DNA from: Macrostomum hystrix
Taxonomy: Eukaryota; Animalia; Platyhelminthes
Assembly: GCA_950097015.1 (NCBI GenBank)
Contig: CATNEN010000007.1
Coordinates: forward strand, 1,860,001 to 1,924,000
Reading direction: 5' to 3'
DNA: 64,000 nt
Part shown: piece by piece, positions 11,200-23,155 of the stretch
How positions within the stretch are numbered: position 1 is the first letter of the stretch
Layout of the letters: each line of letters begins with the position of its first letter
Position numbers and translations under genes: made by a program
The notes under the pieces: generated by a model
Told to the model about the DNA's origin: nothing
Database searches by the model: none
Seen by the model: the letters and a program-made list of their open reading frames with translations, nothing else

Positions 11200-12300
11200 A
11201 CAGCAACACCAATATATTGAATGAAGAAATCAACAACCTACTCTATTGTGATGACCTAGTTATTTTCGGCGAAATCTAACATAAATACAAAAGGGTCTTG
11301 ACAAAGTAGCAGATTTTTGCTTAGAAAATGAACTTCAAATACATATTCGAAAAGCAAAGCGAAAGTGCAACTCCCCAGCAAACAGGGCGAATAATTTGAT
11401 ATTGCAAGGTCGACTGGTGGAACCACTTCAAGAGTGGAAATACCTTCTGCATTAACTCGAAGGGGATAGTCGATAACCACGTCATAGATTATAGAAGTTG
11501 GCAAAAAGTGTGGCTACCCAATAATGTTTCTTAGGAAGTCGGCAGGATTCCGAACCGTCAAATTTAAGCAGCTTATGCTGTTCTGCACAGCCATGATAGA
11601 AAGCATAGTCCTGTATGCCTCAGAGGCCTGGGACACCTTTGTTTCCTGGAGCTTAGGACCCTGGGATCGAGGCTTAATAGATAGTATTAACTTAAGTATC
11701 TGCAAGGCCCTAAATAATACAGCTCAGTCAGAATACTGACAGCAATGGGGCACGATCAGAACTTGGTAGACTGCCTCTATTGTATGATATAGAAAAGAAG
11801 CTTCCAGTTCTGGTCATTCCAATCTCATCGCCCAGACTTCATTATATCTAAGTTTATACGGGACCCGGAATACAGCTAAGTGGGCATTGCAACAAAAATG
11901 AGAAGTGTTGTACTGCGAAACTGTTCTCTGAGCTCAAAGACAAGCCAAAGTCAGTTAAAATTCACAGTGAAAACATTCTATGTGATTTCCTTGGACACTG
12001 GTGACAGGGGGTCAAAATTCTGCAATCAGCCATTTCTACTATAGTTTCAAGAGAGATTTCTGCCGTGAAAAATATCTATTAAATGTTTCAAACCCGGAAC
12101 ACAGGCGCATGCTGTCAAGTTTTCGTTTAGGAAATCACAGACTGGCCTGCGAAACGATGCGTTCTGTTCGCCCGAATATCACTTATGAAAACAGAATTTT
12201 CCCGAGGTGCAAAGTCGGGGTAAAAAAATTCAGAGGTTACAGGAAAGCTAGCCAAGTACATAGATTAACTTAGCAGAGATTGCGAGAGTGCAGCTGCCCT
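11200..12300 (+). mobile_element. Degenerate LINE RT and C-terminal fragment (CR1/L2-like)
   Basis: LLYCDDLVIF, LDKVADFCLENELQI, EWKY, and later SSFRLGNHRLACET...ENRI; many stops and frameshifts. Confidence 0.7.
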
Positions 12301-13379
12301 GGAAAGAGTACAGAAACGCGTTTTTTAATATGCCTAACAATATCCCAATATGGCAAACATATGCGCGCCAAGGTCGTGTTTTCGCTTTCTTTTTTCTACT
12401 GTTTGTGCATTTCCAATATGATTCATTTCGATCCATCCGTTTTAAAGTATTTTTAAACCTTACTTTATTGCTACTGTTGTTATGTTCGTATAATGTTTAA
12501 CTTTTGCGAATAACTATTCGATAAAAAAAATCTGCACCTTTAAAGCATGTGCAAAATAATAATAAACTATCAAAATGTGTAGTCAGCATGGGACCAAGAT
12601 CAAAGGTGAGAAAAGTAATGAATGCAAAATGCAGTCATCTATGTACATTTTTCTACGAGCGGAACTGTCCCGAGCGCACTGACTCTTTACTGCTGCTAAT
12701 ATAAACTTTTTTTCAGTTCAATATCGAATTGCTCAACTGTACAACGTCCATGCAGTCCATTCAATAGTAGCTGGACGCTGAGGAGGCCTACTGTTTTTCT
12801 GCTGTTTGGGTGGACATTGGTTCTCTGCTGCTGAAGGGACATTAGTTGTCTGCTGCTGGGGACATTAGTTTTTTGCTGCTGAATAGACATTTATTAGTTC
12901 TCTGCTGTTTGGGGGACATTAGTTCCCTGCTCCTGGGGGACATTGGTTCTCTGCTGCTGGGGATGGGCTGTCGAGTTTTGTCTGCTTAGGTTGCCAGCCA
13001 AAAGGTGAATATATGTTTGGGGCCAATAGTGGAGGGCGTATTAGCTTCTTGAGAGGACCAGTATGAACTTAATGAGGGGATTGTATGAATCCTAAAATTC
13101 TGCTTGTGCTGCCCGGAGGGGGGCCAAAGTTGCTATAGTCTATATATACAAATGTTCACGTGTTGTTTTCCTGTCTGTCTGTCAGTTATGGGAAACTTAA
13201 ATGGGATAAAGCGAAATTTTACGAGGATGGCTCCTCTCTTTTAATTGCGAAATTTCTAATTTTAAGATCCTCAAACAAGCAGAATTGGGATTTGGTAGCC
13301 CTTAAAAGGCCCGCTGAAATGAAATTAACTTCTGTTAAACGGGTTGCGTCGTCTAGTTTTGTTCCTATCTGTTTAGTGT

Positions 13380-13800
13380 ATTTTCTCTCGAGTGGAGGGA
13401 ATTAGCAGTTGGTTTGAAAACGGATCGGAAAGGTGACCGTTCTCACTATGTACTTGCCTCTGAGCATCGGCGGAGAGAGGGTGCCGCGAGTAAACTTCTA
13501 TGATGATTTGTTCGATTGACACAACTGCGTACAAGGGCTGGAGCAGGGCAGACAGGTGCTAAAATATATTAATAAAATTGGCGGCCTCTCAGTGAAGGCG
13601 GAGAAGAATTTACACACTGATACGGCAGGCTTTTCGGCGCGGGAAACTAGATCAGAAATTGTGAACTGTGAACGGTGTTTCTTCTTTTCCAAGATTTGTA
13701 TAGATCAAACTTCTTTTGCTGGAAAGAGCTTGATGTCCTAAATACATGGGTATCAATTTCAAACTCTGAAATTTGAGTATACTAAAGCGGACGAACGTTT
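13380..13800 (+). mobile_element. Possible second, highly decayed LINE RT remnant
   Basis: Fragments LKYINKIGGLSVKAEK and KYMGINF in the order expected for RT motifs; the YxDD is broken. Confidence 0.35.
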
Positions 13801-16800
13801 TTTACTTTTTAATTATATTCAACTGAGTGTACACTGCCTCGGCAGGACTGCAAATGAGAGACAGGGCCGCCAATCAGACATTGTTTTAGTGCCAGAGTGT
13901 ATTGGGCGGGAGGTTGTTGGCAATCAGTCAAGAGAGGGGTCTGGTTTTGTAAATGAAAAAAATGTGCGTTTACTGGGCAGAGAGGAGGCTGGCTGTAATT
14001 ATTTATTTACTTTTTTTTTTTTTTTAAGAGGTTTGGGTCTAAGACCCGCGGGTCAGCCCTGGGAGGGGCTCTTCCGCTGTAGGTACTGTATATTTATTGG
14101 ATACGATTGACGAAAAATATTTTACACGATAAAAAAAACGAATGAAAAATTTTTTTTTTGGTATATTGAGTGCGCATGATTGGGATAAAAAATGGGTCCT
14201 CACAAAGATTAGGACATCAGGATAAAAGAGGAAATCTAAGACAAGCGCATAGTACATATGAATTTGCAAAGCCTAGCCAACCCCCAAATTGGTTAGGGTA
14301 TCGCATTTTCGCATTTGTAATTTAGCAGAAAGATTAGAGCTTAGTAATTAGATTGATAGCTTTTGGCGCATCGCAAGGGGAGCAGCCTAGGTGAGTTATA
14401 GGTAGATTGAGATTGTAGTGCGTTTTTTCGCATTGGAGGGTTACAGAAAAATTGATGGAAAAAATTTATTTGAGAGTTTGTAGCTAGATTGGTAGTCCTG
14501 GCGCATCACACACAAGGGGAGCAGCCTAGGGTTTACATTGGTAAATTGGTTTGACAGATTTACATTGGTAAATTGGTTTGACAGAAGAATTGATGGAAAA
14601 AAAAGCTAGATTGATAGTCCTGGCGCATCACACAAGGGGAGCAGCCTAGGGTTTACATTGGTGAATTGGTTTGGTTTGGTTTGTGTCCGCAAAAAACGAC
14701 TCCGTATCGGAGGGCATAGGGCATTGCAAATTTTTAGTAAAATAATCTAATGATCATTGAATTCTTAAAGTGATGCGAATTGGACTGGCAGGGCCTTGCA
14801 ATGCTGAGCCAATACTGTCCCGTGCCCATAAACTAGCCTGAACCCTAAAAAAATTGTACTTTACCTTTCCAGTTCCGGCCCATTGTTAGGTAAACTGTCA
14901 GACACCCACCACCCCGCCTAATTTCTATAGCCTACTCTTGCCAAAAAAATATGACCCCCCAGCGGTTCTAAGCCTATTCAATTTCTATCTAAATCACTTA
15001 GAGAACATCCTCCCCTGCCCTCTAAAGTGACAGTGACAACTGCCCTTTATACCAAATTATGCTTCAGCCAAATAATAAATCAACAAGCCCAAGCCCATAC
15101 GCCCACCCCAATCTAGTTCAAGCTTGAAATCTTCGTAACTCAAACCTAGAAAATTTATTTATTTACTTACTGCTATAAAAAATGCTACTTCGTAGTAGCT
15201 CCATTTTAAGTTAAAGTTTACTTAGACGCTAAATCTAGTAAATTCTAAACAGGGCAAAAAATATGAAAACGAATAAATATTACACTTAAGATCCAAGATA
15301 AAATGTTTATTTCTGCAAGTTGTGTCGAACAGATGTTTGTTTAAACACTTAAGCTTCTTTTGATTAGACCATTTCAAAATGTGAATGAAACACGCGTAAG
15401 TAAATTAAAAACTAAACTATAGTTCGCGTTGATTCGTTGCACCAAATCCAAGAGGAGCAATTATAGTATTGCTAGCACTTCCAGGGCAGCATCTTAAAAT
15501 AGCGGCTCTGAAAATTGCAGAAGCAATGTATTATATTTATTATTTAATATTTAAAATCATTTTCTTAATTCATTTAGAAGATACAGAAGCGTATGTCTAG
15601 ACCTCTGTACTTTTTGTCAGGTCCCGTGGCATGGAATGAAATTTATTAGCACGGTACAGATCAGGTCGGAATCCTGACAAGCTTTTATAAGTCCAGACTA
15701 AATACCAGACATTATTTAACTTGGGTAGAATTGTAAACTCTAGTAAAATGGTTCCCAAATATAGAAACTATTTATATATGTCACCTGTTGAAAATCTAAT
15801 CTTAAAGCAATTAGTTCTATGCTTAAGTCATTGAAATAATTGAAAAATAGGCTAAATGGAAATTAAGCAATTGAGCTAGGGCCTAATTGATTATTTTTCT
15901 TAGTGGCAATGTATGCAGAGGTGCTCCTTCAAAATGCAAAATATCTAAGTACAAAATTCTAATTTAACCTCAAAGTATTTTTTTACTTTTAAATTTTTTA
16001 TGTGAAACAACTGTTTTATTATTTATATATAATTGTAGAGGCATTATAAATATGTAATATTTATATACTTATAGATATGTATTGACTAATTGTATATGTT
16101 TTTAAATATATTGATCTTTTTTGTTTATTTTCATTAGTTAGGGGGGGCTATTATTTTTTATATAAAAGTTCATATACAATAATTGAATGTTTTGCTCTAT
16201 TGTTTTCACATTTTAGAAAACTGAAATCTATTATTAAAAAGATAGCAGTTTGGTCAGACAATTTCAGTGCACATAGTGCATATTTATGGCACTAAGGTAG
16301 AAGGCCTTTTAGTTTAAGAGACAGAATGGCAACAAAGATTGTTTTCTGCATTGCAAGTATATATATATATGAACATAAAGGGTGTTATAGGGCCTAGAGA
16401 GGTGTGAAAATGGCATGACTTGGCACAACCCCTAGCTTAGCAAGTCTGTTGGCTGGGCTCACAAGGACCACCTCAACTAGACTGATGTTGAGGGGTTTGG
16501 AATGATTTTATTTACTTAGCTACAATGTGGGCCATAGACATAGTAGGAAAGCAAGGATTGCCCATAACATTAACCCCTGTAGGTCTGCAGACAGGCAATG
16601 GTGCAAGGCTGGTCAGGGTGGTCTTCCAGTCCATCCTGTAGTGTTGTCTTCTGTAAAGAAGAATGTGGCTCATGGATCTTGTTGCATCAAAGAACTAAAC
16701 AAGCTATGGAATACTGTTGGGCAGGCAAATCTTGTCTATAGATAGGTTGGGCCTAAAGTAGCATATTAAAAAAGGGCAGTGACAAAGTGCTATAAACATC

Positions 16801-18394
16801 TTTGTTGTTGTACTCACAAAAGGGGCAGAGTGCATTCTCAAGGTTGCCCCAAAAGAAACAGTGCCTTGCAAGGTAGCCGTGGCCCATGAAGGCCATGGTG
16901 AGGGTGGGAATATCCTTCTGGCTTTGGCTCTAAAGGATGTTCCTAAGCCCGTGAGATGGACGTGGATTAGGGCACAGGATTGTTGACAGTTCTGGGTGCC
17001 TACCCATCTGTCCCTATGGAGGGACTCAGGAATGATGGGGATTGGGACAAAGGAAGCAAGGCCCAGGAGAGAGCCTGCTAGTTTGTTCCCTGGGAAGGGT
17101 GTCTACTAGTTTGTTCCCTGGGAAGCCCGCATGCCCTGGGATCCAGCTCAGCCTGACTTTGTTGCTACAAGCCAGGAGGTTCAGTTGCCGGGCTTGTAAG
17201 GCCGCTTGGCTTTAATTTATTAATTTATTTTAAGGCATATAAAACAAGATTAACAGTATCTCTTAAAGTCTTGAATTCCAAGAACATGTATTGTCTTTAA
17301 AATTGATACAATAAACTTTAACAAGAGAAATTGATTAAAAATACACAACTTGAAAACAGTAAGTACTGATATAGTTAATTGTATGAATTTTATCAAATTT
17401 ATGAAAAAATGATAGTACTAATGTTTTCTGAATATATACAGGTTTTAAGAATGCCAGGAAATGATGGTCGTTGGGTTAACTTTGCAGGGTTTTAAGCATA
17501 TTAAACTTATCACATGCTAACAAAAATGACAATTTAACTTAGATATAGGCTAAGAAAATATTTTAGCAAAAAATCACTTCACAAGCCTTTTAAACTTGGT
17601 ATGACAACTTTTCATAAAAAAATGAAAAAAAGCAAAGCCCAAACTTTTTAAAGAAAAGTTATGATAAAAAGAAATATGTTAGGTCATAAAAAAATTATTT
17701 CAGTTTTTAGATATAATAAAGTTTAGTTATTTTTATATTTATATTCTCTGAGTTAAATTTAAGACTTAGTTACTGAGTTTAAGACTTAGTTAAGTTAAAT
17801 TAGTTCCTTAATGAAAACTAGATTCACTTTTTATAATGTCCTCTCCTGTGGAACATTGAAATGATTGTAGGGGTAATATGATCAAAACAAAATATATATA
17901 CCTAAAGGTAGATAAATATGTTTAAAACTACTTGAACATAATACTATATATAATTATGTACAAATAGAAATATAAACTTTTATAAATATAGCATAAAAAA
18001 TTATGTCCCATTGATGACCTTCTCATGGAATTACCCAAGGGGCAAATTACTTACACATAAGTACAGTATTAACCAAAAGGCACATTTTTACTAAGCTATG
18101 AAAAAGTAATTAAAATTAATTAAAAACTATGAAATAGCTAATAGTGATTAGCTATTTAAATGTAGAGCCTTTGACTCTTTGCTTTAGCTCATTTGCTAAT
18201 ATTATTATTTGTGCAGTGACTTTAAAAATGAATATTATAGAAAATATTCTTAATGTTTCTGTAGGGAAATAATTAATTGGCATGACAAAAATAATGATAC
18301 AAATAAAAAAGACTATTTTATTGTGACCATGCATATTTTTTGACTTATCGCTATAAGAAAACTGGCATTTTCAGCACCTAGTCAAAGCTAGTCA

Positions 18395-19723
18395 ATGCCA
18401 GTGTTTAAAAAGGCCCGATTTGGCCGATCGCGCACAATCTCCGATGGCGACGATGCCGAAATGCCGGACCTATCAGAGAGCGACCTGGAGGATCGACGCG
18501 GCGGCTCAGCTAGTCTGTCATCGGCGACCCTTCATCACCCGGCCGGCGATGCGGCTGAGGATGATTCCGGCTGCGACAAGGACAACGCCATGCTCTGCTG
18601 CAGAGTACTCTTTCTCTGTCTGTGCTGGTACACAGTCAGTTCCACTAATAACATCATCGGCAAGAGCTTGCTGACTTATTATCCTTATCCAGCTACAGCC
18701 ACACTTTCCCAACTATTGTCTACGGCGATATTTAGCCAACCGCTCGCCGTGTATTGGCGTGTGCCTCACGTGCGCTGGAATCTGATTGGCTGGCGCTATT
18801 ATGCCACAATGATCGTTCCGTTGGCATTTGGCAAATTCATTGCCGCAGTTTCGGCTCACATCTCCATCTGGAAAGTGCCAATCAGCTATGCGCATACTGT
18901 CAAGGCTTCTATGCCTATCTTTGTTGTATTCTTGTCTAGAATTATCTTGCGCGAGCGTCAGACCTGGCTAGTCTATCTATCTCTGACACCAATTGTCGCC
19001 GGCGTGGTGATAGCCACCCTCACCGAGCTCAGCTTTGACATCACCGGGCTGCTTAGCGCCCTACTGGCCACACTGGCCTTCTCATTACAGAATGTTTTCT
19101 CTAAGAAGTGTCTAAAGGAGACCAGAATGCATCATATTCGCCTGCTTCTAGTGCTGGCTAGAATCTCATGCTTGCTGTTCCTTCCCGCCTGGCTACTCGT
19201 GGATGTGCGGCATGTCCTAACTAACTGGGATTCCATGGCTGGCACAGATTGGACCTGGGTTATTGGCCTACTATTGCTAGACGGCTTTTTAAATTTTGCC
19301 CAAAATGTAATCGCATTCACTATGATAGCCCTGGTCAGTCCATTGTCCTACGCTGTTGCCAACGCCAGCAAGAGGATCGCAGTGATTCTGATGTCGCTAG
19401 TCATATTGCAGAATCCTGTTACTACAGCCAACTGTGTAGGCATGGGCATGGCTATCCTAGGTGTACTGCTATATAATAAGGCCAAATACGATCAGAACAA
19501 GGAGGCTCAGCGACTCAAACTTCTGCCCTACGTGAAGTCCGACGCCCAGATGATTAGCCACGATCCGTCTGCTTTGCACGCCTCGCCTTCTATGGTAATA
19601 CCTGTGATGACGCTTGAGGCTGCCGATTCTGCTCATAATGGCGTGTCAGTTTTTCGCGGCCATCATCAGCATCACCAGCCTGATCGCAGAGCAGACAATC
19701 ATCCGTCGTATCGCTATGTGTGA
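18395..19723 (+). CDS. SLC35E1: Solute carrier family 35 member E1 (triose-phosphate translocator family), 442 aa, single ORF
   Basis: LCLCWYTVSSTNNIIGK, SIWKVPISYAHTVKASMPIF, LQNVFSKK and SPLSYAVANASKRI...LLYNKAK motifs; about 10 hydrophobic segments. Confidence 0.93.
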   Translation: MPVFKKARFGRSRTISDGDDAEMPDLSESDLEDRRGGSASLSSATLHHPAGDAAEDDSGCDKDNAMLCCRVLFLCLCWYTVSSTNNIIGKSLLTYYPYPATATLSQLLSTAIFSQPLAVYWRVPHVRWNLIGWRYYATMIVPLAFGKFIAAVSAHISIWKVPISYAHTVKASMPIFVVFLSRIILRERQTWLVYLSLTPIVAGVVIATLTELSFDITGLLSALLATLAFSLQNVFSKKCLKETRMHHIRLLLVLARISCLLFLPAWLLVDVRHVLTNWDSMAGTDWTWVIGLLLLDGFLNFAQNVIAFTMIALVSPLSYAVANASKRIAVILMSLVILQNPVTTANCVGMGMAILGVLLYNKAKYDQNKEAQRLKLLPYVKSDAQMISHDPSALHASPSMVIPVMTLEAADSAHNGVSVFRGHHQHHQPDRRADNHPSYRYV

Positions 19724-19904
19724 GCTTAGCAATCCAGAGAGACGCCATTCCAATTTGCTTTCCCAGCTATCGGATTTTAATAATCTTCCCATTAATTGCA
19801 TTAGTGTGACCTTGTGTACTTTAAGTTTAAAATCCGCTTCTTATTCCTTATCCCCCAGTCTTACTTTGAGATGCCTGTCTTAATAATAACTATTATAGCT
19901 GGGC

Positions 19905-20150
19905 TGGGCTGTGGCCACTGGCACATCATTTGGTGAGCGAGAGCCAATTTTTCCCATCCGCTGACCCCGAGCATACAAGCACAGAGATACCGTACGTAGG
20001 CATACACTCACCTGACGTGTACATCTGCCTCAAACCCTAAACCTTCTCTCCGCGGCTGCGCCTCAAATGAATGTGGTCTCGCCGCGGAATCGAGCTCAGG
20101 GACCTTAATACGAGAGGCAGAGGCGTTAGGCACACTGTCACTTACCCCCA
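19905..20150 (-). mobile_element. tRNA-derived SINE-like repeat, family B
   Basis: tRNA-like head with GAGCTCGATTCCGCGG on the - strand; homologous to 8480-8760. Confidence 0.6.
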
Positions 20151-21091
20151 AGATCCCAGTTATTCTAGATCACATTATTATTTCAGCGATCCCATCATAT
20201 TTAGGATTCCATTTCTAGCTGGGACCAATCGAATCTAAAGTTCCCACACCCCGCATTTGTGTCACTCTGAAGTAAAAATTGAGAAGCTTGTTAAAATACT
20301 ATGGGAAAGGCATTGTAGCGGCTTATTTATATTTCTCTATCACTATCAGCTTATCGCTAGCTGATGTCTCTAATCTAGTCTGGCCTGTTTTGCCCAACCG
20401 CACTGGCAAACACCAGTTTGCGTGAAAAGTTTGTTAAATCCAAATTTATATGTAGTGTTATGCGCGTGTACTTCTTTTGATTTTCCAAAGTTACTTTTAT
20501 CATTTAACGGTGTTTTCTGTGTGTTTTAGGGATATTTTATTTTTGTCTCCTTTGAGTAACTGTCCAACCGAATCCATGAGCCATTGCACAATTCCCCAAT
20601 TAATTCCAGGTTTTTTTCCGTTTCCTATTGCTCTATTGCGCGCATAGATGTTTATCTTTGGTTCGTAAAGCGAGTCTCGTGAAGTTTTTATTTTTATTTT
20701 TAGAGAAAGTCTTCCTTTTAAAGGTAAGTTTGTTCTGTTGAAGTTTCGCATTATATCGGCATTATGATACAGACTATGCAATAGATTTACATTATTCTAT
20801 TAAGTGATCACTTGTCCTAGTGAATTTTGATCAATAATCTATATTGCCAGCATTACTTAGCCATTCCTAAGTGCAGATAGTAGGATTTAAATGTCTAATT
20901 TGTAACTTTCATCAGGTTTTTATTTTGCTGTGATGTGACACCCACCGGATTTTTCAATTTAGTTTGTTTTGCTTTTGGATTGTCTATGCCAGTTATATCA
21001 GTTAATTCCCCTACTGAGTTAAGTGTTGAAAGTTATTACAACAAAGCCAAGATGCTTACTTGTCTGTGTACCTGGTTGCAGCTAGCATGTA

Positions 21092-21616
21092 CGAGGTGCG
21101 GTCAAGTTTAAGTGAGACAGTCTCGGCAGCCTCGTTATTAAACACTTTAGAGGAAAGCAGATGATTTATTCTGAAAGAGCATGAATTTAAACATACAATT
21201 TGCAAAACTTCAGTTTAAAAAACTAGCAACAACTGTACGCTTTCTCATTGAACAAAAGTACAAGTCGAGAGACCCGAAAATGGGGTACTATTGCCCAGAA
21301 ATATTGGATGTTCTTGTTGCTTCTTCAATTTTCTAAATGTCAACGTCAGAAAAGGCCTCATCTTCGTCCTCTGCTATCTTCGAGCCCTTCTCAACGTAGT
21401 TGCCCTTCATCTCGACACACTTCTTGAGCCGCTCGATCCACTTGTCAAAGGCTGAGGCGAAGGCACCTGGCGAAAGGCGGCTGCAGGTTCGCTCCCACTC
21501 CACCTTGACGGTGTCTCCGCTGATGGAGACGCCACCCAGCTCCCCCTTGCGAAGATGATCGGGTGGGATTTACCATAGATATTGCGTTTGTCTCACTTGA
21601 ACTTGACCGCACCTCG
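21092..21616 (-). mobile_element. Internally deleted mariner element, 525 bp
   Basis: TIR CGAGGTGCGGTCAAGTT(T/C)AAGTGAGAC at both ends, flanked by TA on each side. Retains AFDKWIERLKKCVEMKGNYVEK, a mariner transposase C-terminus. Confidence 0.92.
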
Positions 21617-23155
21617 TAAGCTATCGAAACAGAAATTGTAGCTATAATCAAACCAGAAAGTGTTGCGGAATTGTGGGTTCGTCTTATTAATATGACGCTT
21701 GCATCTATGCTCGTCTGATGGATTTGTAAAACAAAAATTAGCATTTGCATTTTATACACTACATCTGTGTTTCCTTTTGGAGTCTTTGATATAATCCATT
21801 GCGTATCTATGTTTTTACTTGGCCTATGTACACTCAATTTCATTAAGATTCCTCACCATATTATCTGCACCCAGCATCAGAGTTTCTTCTTTTTCCTTAA
21901 TCTCTTATCATTTCATCGGTGTCAAAGATTGACTGTTTACATGTAATTATTTATTAAATGGATTTCCATTTTCCTCTTGTCTATCCTTTTGTCTTGCTAA
22001 ATTTTTATGATTATATGTAGATTAATGTGCGTATCGTGTCTGAAATCACTATTATTATTATTATCATTAGTGCTTTGTTTCGTGTTATTTTATCACTTTG
22101 TTGTGGTGCTTCCTTGTGTGACGATTATTACTTTTTATTCGTTAGTTATTTATATATGTACGAGTATATACATAGAGCCGTTTTGTCAGCATTCAAATTG
22201 ATGCAGTTAAACAAACAAAAATTAGCTAAAATTCTCCAGAATAGTAAATACGGAGAAAAAAGCAACTTAATAAACCTATTTTAATCGCTTCCTATTCCCC
22301 TGCCTAATAAACTAGTCTTCCAAAAGGATAAAACTGCAGATTTATTCTTCATTGATTTTTGTGATTGTTTTGTCATTTTAAAGCTGGTAAGATTGTTTTC
22401 CTTAAGACGGCGAACCCTTTAGTTTAAATTGTTCGATGCAATTTGTTTTACTAACTTGTTTGCGTTAATAGTACTGCTTATTTACTAGGCCAAACCTCTA
22501 AGCATGACATATAGACATAGTTTTCCCAAGAAATGCAATTCAGTGACATCTGAATGTATTTAAATGACAATTCTATGGGCTGTCATGTCAGATAGTTGAA
22601 AAATGTCTATTATGCGGTTTAGTGTACTATTATGGCGGCCTGTTTAACTGGCGATCACTGCTGGTATATAGTATCCTATGTAAACATGTGTTGCCATGCA
22701 CCCAGGTTCTAGCTGAAGTATTGTGGTATTAATCTCGCATGCCTTTAACTGCATCTGCCGCTATAACTTTGCTTTATTTTTTGTCCTAGCATTATTTTAG
22801 GCGTAGCGTTAAAAAGTTTTAATGACTAGCGCTGCTTGTGTTTGCTATTTCTTTGGTCGATTGGAAAACCCTGATATGCAAATTGTGGCGTTAAGACAAA
22901 ATACTAAGACTGTTTGAAATACATCCTCAATTATTAAATTGCTTTTTTCTGTTCTGCTCAACTGTCTTATTGAATTGATTGATTTTTTCTTTGATTATTA
23001 AGTATATTCAACCCGTGGGTTGGTTTTCATTGGTTGTTGTAGATCAATTCCAATACTTAGAATAGACTTTCGCACATTTCTCAATTTTTTTCTCATAGTT
23101 CACGCAACCCTTATTCGAATTTAATTGCAGAACCTTTCTAATAATATATTTTAGT

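Noticed and set aside
16400-17200. Possible THAP or transposase remnant; also unexplained ORF 20500-20781
   Set aside because: No convincing motif in any frame.
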